DNA of 64,000 bases from Octopus vulgaris (lineage: Eukaryota), in the NCBI GenBank assembly GCA_951406725.2, contig OX597814.1:133176001-133240000 (forward strand), in the 5' to 3' direction. The notes under the pieces were generated by a model. It worked only from the letters and a program-made list of their open reading frames with translations. It did not search any database and was not told the origin of the DNA. Every line of letters starts with the position of its first letter. Positions within the stretch are counted from its first letter, which is position 1. This document shows positions 53,869 through 64,000 of this stretch, one piece after another. The translations under genes and the position numbers were made by a program.

Positions 53869-54499
53869 CAGTTGCTGTTATTGTTGTTATTTCTGCTGTT
53901 TGTGGTGGTGGTGGTGATGCTGCTGCTGCTGCTGCTAATGTAGTCTTCCTCATCAGTATCTTTGCTGCTGGTACATTTGTTACTGACGTCATAGCAACAA
54001 TGGGAAATTATATTTCTCTTTGTTGAGAAATTTATTTCACCTTCAGCTGCGTTTCTGTCCGAAATTATAACTGAACGCTGGTAGGAGTCAAAAGAACGGT
54101 GCAATAGAACGCTGGTAGGAGTCAATAGAAAGGTCAACAGAACTGTGCAAAATCTTACCGCTACAATACGAACAATGCAAGCAAAATACTTGTTAAATAA
54201 AATTTTCAATAAACGTGTCTCAACCAGCTGAGATACTTGATTAAGCATTTACAAATAACGGAGGTTCAACATCTATAATATAATGGAGAAAGCTAAAAGA
54301 AAGCAATTATTAATGGGTTGACCGTCTGCAAATATTTTTTTATAAATTCATGTTCTAAGAAATGTCCTATAATTTCGATTTCTCAAGTTTATTAAACTTT
54401 TTAGCTACAACTTCTCGCAAATTTAATATTCATTGCATTCGCTGCGTTCAATTTTCACAAATTTAAATATTCATAGTATTCACTGCAGAGTATTCAGAA

Positions 54500-55572
54500 C
54501 ATTCCATTCCAAGGAAGGCGCTGATACGTTGTACTTGTTCAGAAGAAAGGTTGGGAGAAGTTTGATCAGTTGCCAGGATTGTGTAGAAGCAGAAGAAAAT
54601 AACTTAGCGTGATATGTAAAACATTGCTGAAACATGTAGGAGACCGGTATCGTCAAAGTTGTTAATTTTGTAAAGACAGAACCAAAAGAGGAAAAAACTA
54701 AAAGAAAAAAAGGAACAAAAAAGAAATAGCACGGAAGGCAAAAAGCATGTGTGATCAGTTTGCAAAAGATACGAACGCCAAGACAGATACCTAAGACTGG
54801 TGGTTATGGATACAGAGTAGTGACCTGAAGATAGAAACAGAATCATTTATGAGTGCAGCACAAGAATAAGCATTATGGACGAACTATGTGAAGTGCAGAA
54901 TTGACGACACAACTGAGAGCTACAAATACAGAATGTGTGTCGAGAGGGGTAAAACGGGATGGCACATTGTTAGCGAATGCCCGAAACGGACACAACGAGA
55001 TTATAAAAGATGACATGACAATGTATCAAGAATGATCCTTTCGGAGCTTTTTGGAAATCACGACCTACAAAGAACAAAACTGTAGATCACAGTGGTTAAG
55101 GAGAATGAATACTACAAAATTTTGTGGGAAGCAATGATTCAATGTGACCCCCAGATCAGATATCGGAAACCTGACATTGTGGTGAACAAACAAAAATGCA
55201 TGGTAATCGACATAGCATATACCGGTGACATTGAGATCAAAGAGAAAGCAAGAGGAAAAACTAAACGTCTATGACGATTTGAAGTGGACAATACGCAGGT
55301 TTTGGACAATGTAGTGACGTGATAGTAGTAAATGGCGCGCTTGGAAGAATCAGCACTCAAAGACCAACATGGCTCAAAAAGATTGGCGCAAATGTAAAGA
55401 CAGAACACCTACAAAAATCATCATTGCTTGGAACTGCAAGAGTTCTCCGCAGAGTTCATGAAGCATGACCAGCAAACAAGTGTTACCTTAGTGTACTGGA
55501 TGTGGACATCTGATACTTTCCATCATACCTAGGAAAATAAGCTGAGAGACTTTTTTAATCAAATAATAATAA
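54500..55572 (+). mobile_element. 5'-truncated R4/Dong-like non-LTR element (CCHC and restriction-like endonuclease) with (TAA)n tail
   Basis: DLKIETES..AQE*AL.TNY..RID; RMC..RGKTGWHIVSECP; R*HDNV; KILWEAMIQCD..RKPDIVV..VIDIA; LQKSSLLGTARVLRRV; ends CAAATAATAATAA. Confidence 0.85.
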
Positions 55573-56218
55573 GAATGAAAATAATTTTGGAACAAGATCA
55601 GCAAATTTAGCGAAGATCAATTACATTGATTTACTGCTTCTCAACTATGATTATTTTATTGAATGGATGAAAGGCAAAGTTAACATCGGTGGGATATTGA
55701 CTCTAAAAGTAAAGAGCCGTAAATAATTCTACCAACAAATTACAACACCAATAATGGGGACATTTAACACTAGGAATTGGTTCCAATCCCTGACAGGTAT
55801 TATCAATGAAGGGAAATGAACACTCAATTACAAAGTGTAAACTTCCTAAACATATTTCTGTAGCCGTTTTTAATGTGAAGTAGTTACTAACATCTATCGA
55901 TTCATGGAAAAAGCACAGATGTTATTTAACTTTGAGATTCAAGGAACTAGAGATGAAAAAATAATAATTGCAAGCATAAAAACTGAGACATAGATGGACA
56001 AGTGATGTGCGCACATGAATTAGAAAAGCCTTATTGATTGGCAATCTAAAGAAAGCGCTTACGAAAAATCATGGACCAGATTAGCAAATCTGTCAACGAA
56101 ATAATCCCTGTTCCCAATCACGAATGATTAGCATAAATTATTTAACGTAAAACAGTGTTAAATAGAAAATTCAAATAATTGTAGCTGTAAATGAAAATGT
56201 AAAAAGAGAAATTCTAAA

Positions 56219-56222
<4 letters not shown>

Positions 56223-56276
<54 letters not shown>

Positions 56277-56290
56277 TGATAATAATAATA
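56223..56290. repeat. (TAA)n microsatellite
   Basis: Directly visible. Confidence 0.95.
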
Positions 56291-57059
56291 CAATTTAATC
56301 TCTTTTACAAAGGAACACGACGAAAACTCAGTGTAAGACAACCACAACACAACGCACGTTACAGCACAAGATCCCGCAGTAATTAAAAAAAAAGATGAAG
56401 AAACACAAGTCCTGGAATTCCAATGAGAACATAATCTGGTGTCGAAACAAGCAAATGAATTATTTAAAAGGTATGATAGGGAAATCCGTGGAAAATATTG
56501 AGGAATTAAAATGTAAACTAAATTAAATGCATGTCTGACAAAAGATGCCCATACCTGCTTACTTTGAATAATAAATGAAGATGTGTCAGTGTCACTGTGT
56601 ACTATCGCATCATCAGCCATAGTACGTCCTCCAAGGTGCAAATATTACTAAGCGGCAGAAATTTTATTAACGAATCCTGCTTGAAAATTGAAAGAGCAGA
56701 TATTTCAATGCGGGTAAGTGAGATATGACTCTTATGTTGCAGTTGCTTAAGTAAATTACCTTGATATAAAAGAAAATTGTTAATGGTGTTCTATTCATGA
56801 GAACGATTTCTTATTTTTTAGAACTACATAAATCAATGAAGCATTTTTCTCCTAATCTCTCTCTCTCTCTCTCTCTCTCTCTAACAGTTAGAGCGACTGT
56901 GTAAAAGGTTCGTTGTTGGTTTAATGCTTGTTGACTTTGCTAACTGTGCTATTATTAGTGTTGCAAATGTTATATTGTTGTTGTTGTTGCGGCAGTTTTA
57001 TGGCTTTTCTTGAAGGTGATGATGTTGGTGGCTCTTCTTATTTCTGTTTTCTCTCTCCT

Positions 57060-58220
57060 ACTAGTTATTTTGGGAATTCGTGAAGAGGTTGCATCTTTCG
57101 ATGCGGTCACCCGTTCACAACTGATTTTGCTGTTCTAGTTCATATTTGGTGCTGAAGTAAAGTTCCAAATTCCACTCTGATCCGGCAAGACTAAGCATTG
57201 CAACAAGGAGATAATGACTGCATTTAGCATATTGCGCACTAAACCCACCACAGTAAAATATATTTGGCTAGTCCTGATTGGGATTTGTCTAGTTTGGTTT
57301 GTCTAATGTAGTTTTCGCTGCATTCATTGCATTTGATGATATATATTAAATTTTTTGAAAACAAGCGAACTGGTTGTTCACTATGAGATCTTGTCCCGAA
57401 TTAAAATCTATGTTGTGTCCTCAATGAGTTTGGACCAAATTCCGCAGTTAAAGCGGCCATACTTTTTAACTGTTGGAGTTGAGTCTATAGTTGGTAGTTT
57501 TGCCTTGAAACATTGTTTTTGTGGGCGTTTTATTTGGCATTTGGTTTAATAGGTGTAGGTCATCCCATATGAAATATGTTATACATTTTACGAGAGAGTT
57601 TAACAGTATGTCAATGAAGTTTTCTAAGTCTGTGTTTCCCGGGCTGGGCTTGCCGCGATCGGCCAAATTTTGAGAACCTTCAGAAATGGTATATTTATGC
57701 AAACGCTGGCTGATTCTTTGCAGGCATCGCTAATTGTTATATTTTTATGCATTTTGGAAAGTAGTTAGTAGATGTTACTGGTTTTGGCAATTAAGTTCCT
57801 CAGATAATCAATTTCTTTATTAGTTAAGTCTCTTCGCTGTGGGTTTATGAGGATATTACCTCTCATTATTGTTTTAGTTTGTTGATAGTTATTCACTATT
57901 TTATTTCTTGAAGTAGTGTTAATTCGGCATTTTTGTATTATCCCATATTCCTAACAATAGCATTTCCCTTATCCGCTTCTTTTATACTAATATCATTATT
58001 GTCTTCAGGTCATATATAGTTTTCCATTCTGTGCACTTAGAGTTGGATTTCAGTATAAGTGGTAGAAGTTCGTTACATGAGGAAGTGGACATGAACTCAA
58101 AATTTGTCTAGTTTTTTGTTTCTCTTTATTGTTGGCTTGTTATATGTTTTACTTCGAAGAAAGGGTTGTCTACTGCTTTGTTCATCGAATATTTCTTCCA
58201 TTAATCTTAATTTCTGCAAA
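57060..58220 (-). mobile_element. Old Penelope-like RT relic
   Basis: Minus strand DNNDISIKEADKGNAIV (PLE ADKG motif) and LENFIDILLNSLVKCITYFIWDDLHLLNQMP; heavily disrupted, boundaries approximate. Confidence 0.65.
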
Positions 58221-59724
58221 ACATTTAAATGTCATCTCGTACTACAGTGAGGCTAGAATATCGTACAACTTTTATAAACGTTAACAAAGTTATGAAAAGC
58301 CCCTATAAGGATGAAATACTAAGGCAGGAAGAAATAAACAGGTCAAAGATACCACATCGCATCCAACATCACCAAAACGATAATGATAACAATAAAAGTA
58401 ATAATTTACAGCAGAGAGAAATGGTTATAGTTATCAACTATCCGGTTGAAATATTTTGAGCAAAGTTTACAACTGAATAAATCAAATTTTTGGTCTATAC
58501 CCCCACTTGACACAGGGTAAAATAAATCAAACATAAAAGGCATTTCATGAAATGGCGTTTGGACCCATTTTTCTATGAGCTTGTTCATTTTCACACCAAC
58601 ATGTAAATTTTGAAATAACACAGGCCATCTTCTTTCAGTTGACAAACGTATAGGGACAGATTCATGGAGAACTATTTTCTGAGTATTTAAACGAATTTCA
58701 GAGCAAGTAAAATGTTCTTTTAAAATTGTTTCTGCTGATATGATGCATGTTTCATGTGTAGGGCTATTATCAACTCGGCATTGAATATTAACCAGTAAAA
58801 GGTAACCAAGTACCACCTGTCGTATGATCGGATCATCAGCGACTAAACCCTAACAATCTTACCTGGTGAAAAGGGAGATTACTGAACACTAAATACTACA
58901 CTCTGATGAAGCAGCTGCCATTAAGAGAGTTGCTAAAGTCTATACAATTACATTTAAGGTGAGTATAATTACATACAATTACCTTTAATGGCTTAAGGGA
59001 GTATTTTCACATTATATCGGTCAAATAACACGGGAAAGTCATTACAGGAAGAATAGTTAAATTTCAAGGTGGTTTTAGTTGAGTATCCTATAATGCTTAG
59101 CTACCAATTATATATAAATATACTATGTAGCGCCACAGTTTATCGACCCGCTAGTTCCAGTATATTTAATTTTTAATCTCATATTGTTCATAGAATCAAT
59201 TCATAATTTTTATGTAGGCTAGCATCACAGCTTGATAAATCCTTTATTACTACGTTATCGTTTACAATACTTATTCAGATACACGAATAAATACGAAACG
59301 AAGCTAAATAATCTGATCGCTGCATAGGTTATTTTATACCTTCGTTACTATTGTCATAAAAATTGCAAATCTCTATCTTTTAATCACGCTCCATGCTGGC
59401 GACGGAGAATTTGGCTCTTCAAATTACCAATATCATCGGTTATCAACATTCCCTAAGTATATAAATCAATTTCCAGGGTACATAACAAAATCGAAGACTG
59501 ATACTAAAGGGAAAATAACGTCCTGTGTAACATGACATTCATACAAACGCGAACACATAACGGAATACAAATTTTCCTCTCGTTTACATTTGCATATATG
59601 AGTGCTTTTGTATTTTGTACATAAATGCATTAAAGCCCAACACAATATGAATTCAGAATTTGTGATGTAAATATTTTTAGCACAAACCAGACTGTCTTAT
59701 ACATAATTACATATGTGCATGTGT

Positions 59725-59847
59725 TTATCTATCTATTTATCTATCTATCTATCTCTAAATGTATATATATATATAAATAAATATATATATACATATATAT
59801 GTATATATATACATACATACATACATGCATACATACATACATACATG

Positions 59848-59907
<60 letters not shown>

Positions 59908-59908
59908 C
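59725..59908. repeat. (TATC)n/(TA)n/(CATA)n compound microsatellite
   Basis: Directly visible; a similar (GACA)n/(CATA)n array lies at 60755-60896 and (TA)n at 62830-63008. Confidence 0.9.
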
Positions 59909-61989
59909 ATTATTGCTTTCAAAATTTTTATATAGTTACAAATATTGAGAATAATACATAATGGTATAAATCTATGTTATAGTTCCCTTTTCGTAAGAAA
60001 ATATGCATATGAATGGCTGGTTAGGAGAATCAACATCCGTGAATGAATTATCAGTCGTTTCTCAGTTCATTTCCTCCCCAGAGTCGAAAAGAATGGAAAT
60101 AACTACAGTCGCCATTCTATGGTTTTTACATTGCACTAGCTTGAAGCCATATTCTTACAATATGTTTTTCATTCTGTTAACTCTTGTGCAGTATTGAAAT
60201 GGGGGGACATTAAGCTCTTCTGATATGAAGGTCTTAATCTGGCCCTTGGCTCGATAGTCGGTCGATATTAGAAATACATAAATAAATCGATATTTGATAT
60301 ATATGTTCTTAATCTCCATCTAGATTTAGATAAATAAGATAGTTAAACATATCCTTCATGACCATGTTTTCATATTTGATATACAAATAAGACAGATCGA
60401 AATAAATTATATGAATAATGCTCACATTATTTTTAATATGTCTTTGCTGGCAACACCAAAATTTTATATCAATAACTTTTAATCACATTCCTTACTGACG
60501 AAAATTAATGTTCTCTAATTTTTCAGAATTATCATTGTTTATTTAGTAGGTTTTGTAAGTACATAAATAATTTCCCAATATACTTATAAAAATCGGCGAC
60601 TGACACTAGAGAATAATTATCTCTTATGCGCCATTCCTCTCATACAGATGCAGAAGCAAATGGGCATATCAATCCAACCAACGAACCACCCAAATATGTG
60701 TGTGTTTATGTATATATATATATATATATATATATGTATCTAAATATATATTATAGAGAGAGACAGACAGACAGACTGACAGACAGACAGACTGACAGAC
60801 AGACAGACAAACAGACAAGCAGACAGATACATACATACATACATATATACATACATACATACATACATACATACATACATACATACATACATACACTAGC
60901 ATAAAAAATGTGGCTGCAGGAATGATAACATTCATAATTAATTAAATCAGGAAACGTGCAGAAGAAAAAGAAGTGGATGATTGAAAATATTGCAGCTGAA
61001 GTGGAAAATTGAATTTGAATAATAGTCTTTTTATTTTTTTTACTTTCGTAAGGAGGGGGTTTCAAAGGGCAAAAATTGGGGGGAAATATTAAAGAGAAAA
61101 CTAGTGACTTGATTAACTTTGAAAGATCATTTTCTTCCACTGTTGAACCCTCTCATGTACACTGCGAATTGGGTTCATACGCAACGGTTTACGCTTATCT
61201 GAGACCGATGAAATAAATGTAGTATCATTTGATGAAAGGATATTTGTCGGTCAAGTTTTGTAGAAAACAGTTTCTGAGTATCTTGTGCCCAAATCTTTTG
61301 GATTTTCTAATAGCGATGAACGTTAACTCATTCAATGGGTAAAACCTCAATTGAATACCACATAATTCTTCCCACCTTATTGTGTACTGAAAAATTATTA
61401 CTGGGGGAATTTAAGTGTATTCCTGCTCTCTACCTGAACTCGTATTTCCGTAATTCTAAGTGTAAGCTCAGCTATATTTATAAAATCGTGACAAAAATGT
61501 GTTTTAGTCTGCAGAAAGTAAATATGTGACGTTCTATCTCGAATTTTCTTTGCATGGGGTTTAGAATGTAAAGAGAAATTACATTTTTATATTTAAATGA
61601 AACTAAATATATTTCTATCTATTTCAATTCCAAATTTAGCTGCCAAATTTTTAAGCTTACACTTTTTGTACTGTTTAAATATTACACTTTCCCCGTATTT
61701 TCCCTGCTATTTCACACTCTTTTTATAAGCAACGCTAAATAGAGATAAATATTTACAGTTATTGAGACAAAACACAAAATTATAAAAGATAGAATAAATG
61801 AATTTTCTCAAAATGTTCAAACTGTAGTAAAAGAAAAAGGAAATTACCGAATTATGCCAGTGAGGGATCTGAGAAGGAGAAAATACAAATATAGCAGTAG
61901 TAGATATATGATATGATGCCTATCAGAAAGTACCACAGGAAATATAATTCAATCAGTTTGAAGCAAAAGGGATCTGAACACGTTCACAA

Positions 61990-62410
61990 TCTTGAGAAGA
62001 CCGCAGAGTGAGCTAACAGTACTGAATCTCATTGGTCAAAAGAATATTGGTGGAACGTCGAATTAAAACAGCTACCACAAAACAAACAGTTATTATTGTG
62101 TGTAAACACATTAAAAAGATATACTCTGTTGTGGAATCGGATACAAAAATGATCAGAAAAATGCATGAGAAAGAGGAAACTTGTGAATCATTGATAAGCA
62201 ATTTGCAAATCCATTATCCAAGATGCGCCTTCTGTTCCATTCCTTCATATTTATTGGAGCAACAGGATATGTATGACTGAATTTGGGGAAGAAATGCAAC
62301 TCGTTAGTTCATACGCTACCAATACAAACCTTCAAGGCCTTGTAAAAATTTAAAGGATTATGAGCAAAGCAAGATGATTTCCCACACAATGTTGCTAGAA
62401 TGCAGGCGAC
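61990..62410 (+). mobile_element. Possible highly decayed restriction-like-endonuclease retroelement 3' end
   Basis: ILVERRIK..VIIV, HEKEETCESL, FIFIGATGY resemble the PD..D..K(Y)..IVGALG order of R2/NeSL-type endonucleases; weak. Confidence 0.3.
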
Positions 62411-62830
62411 CCGTCTAAGTTAACTACATGTCAAATGAAATTATACATTCTTGTGTTATGCTTTTCGATTCTCAAAAAATATACACATCAGTGGCTATTC
62501 TGATTATTAATCACCGCGATACGAACTATTATTAAATATTAAATCTCTTCTTTACCTGTCATCATAGCGACTAGAAATAATTTTTGATATGAAAGGCTTA
62601 ATGGAGATCACCTCAGAAGTTAGTCGATATTAGAATCACACACACAATATATATATATATATATTGACTATTTATTAAAATTTTATGTATTGATTAAGTC
62701 TTTCCTTGTTTGTTTTGCAAAATAGTGGTTTTGTCTCTAATAATATTTTATAATATTTTACTATAAAATTGGATTTAATCCTAAATCTGATTTTTTCCCT
62801 GTAAATTTGGATTTATTCCCTAATATTTAT

Positions 62831-62894
<64 letters not shown>

Positions 62895-62895
62895 A

Positions 62896-62946
<51 letters not shown>

Positions 62947-62974
62947 TATATACATATATATACACACACACACG

Positions 62975-63013
<39 letters not shown>

Positions 63014-64000
63014 AGGATATCTACTTATTAATTTCAGTTTGATAATGGAATTGATCGAAACTTATTTTATATAGGCAACTAGATTAAGATTAGCAGCACA
63101 ATTTGCCGCATCATGATTATTGCGCGACCGTTAACTATATTTTATTTTGACAAATAAATAAATAGGACGTAAAGCCAGATTAATTTTCCCATTGTTATTT
63201 AGAATATTTTAAAGGTTTCAGTACTACCACCATTAAATTATAAATCTACAAGTTTTATTTACATTACATACAGGCACAATAATCAATCTTATTAAAGTTG
63301 TCTGACTTTTAGAATCATTGGTAAGTTATTGCGTTGTTTTTTGTTTTGTTTTTTTTTCTAGGCAAACAGATCAATTTCTAATGTACTTATCACATTCGGT
63401 TCATACTTCAGAAAAACCACACCATACGGATCTTTAGATACTTGTATTCATGCTACTTTCTTTCTATATGTAATTACCCTTCCTTTATTTTTAATTATTT
63501 ACCCGTTTTTATCAATGTCTCAAGTAACCAATCCCCTTTTGTTATCCGTTAAAATACACTTATCTGTTCTTCTCGTCTGATTTTTCTCCCTTCACGAGTA
63601 CCATACATAAATGCTTCACTTTCTTCACAGTAGATAAGTAGTAGTTACGGTAGGTTTTATGGATAAAATCTTTTGTGTATGACTCTTCTAGATATAACAA
63701 ATCGACTGAGGTAAATAGTGTTCAAATATTTGAATAGAGTAGAGTGTTTCTGAATTTTATTTATTGTTTTTTCTATATTTTCTGGAAGCCGACACTTTCT
63801 AGCATATCTCTTGGAACATTTTGTAGAATATCATCATATTACAAATTTCATTTTTTATAGTATATCTCCAGGAATATTTATAGTATATCTCCATGTCACA
63901 AACACTATGAAAACGTTTATGCACTTGGCTTTTATCAATCATTTGTATTCTCTGTACGTTAACATGATTGCTTCTCAGAACGAAAATCGAATAACCGTCT

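Noticed and set aside
54073-54126. Short tandem duplications (GAACGCTGGTAGGAGTCAA x2; also 63855-63893)
   Set aside because: Ordinary slippage-type duplications with no further structure.
58895-58950. Second hammerhead (CTGATGA plus AGCAGCT/AGTTGCT stem)
   Set aside because: GAAA is incomplete and no stem I partner is found; at best a dead relic.

Overview
AT-rich eukaryotic (animal) genomic DNA with no host protein-coding gene that I can support. The SINE families and the extreme (TA)n/(CA)n/(GATA)n microsatellite load resemble Octopus genomes; this is inferred from recall, not from a search. The window is mostly transposon remains. DNA elements: a complete IR/DR-type Tc1 (9831-11461), a complete pogo/Tigger-like element (15312-17280), mariner relics, and a long-TIR element with a 9-bp TSD (52715-53868). 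Retroelements: a decayed Gypsy pol, a near full-length CR1/L2-group LINE with a CCCH finger in frame with its endonuclease, RTE and R4/Dong fragments, two Penelope-like relics (one carrying a minimal hammerhead ribozyme), and at least three tRNA-derived SINE families. Best lead for an undescribed system: a TSD-flanked 1.56-kb retroposon (23782-25345) that encodes only a CCHC Gag/ORF1-like protein. It shares its 3' tail with a SINE family whose copies sit immediately before GGT(AT) and form self-dimers. A second SINE-type tail matches the CR1/L2 LINE 3' end, with pairing preserved and changes concentrated in the loops. Many ORFs in the supplied track are microsatellite artefacts.
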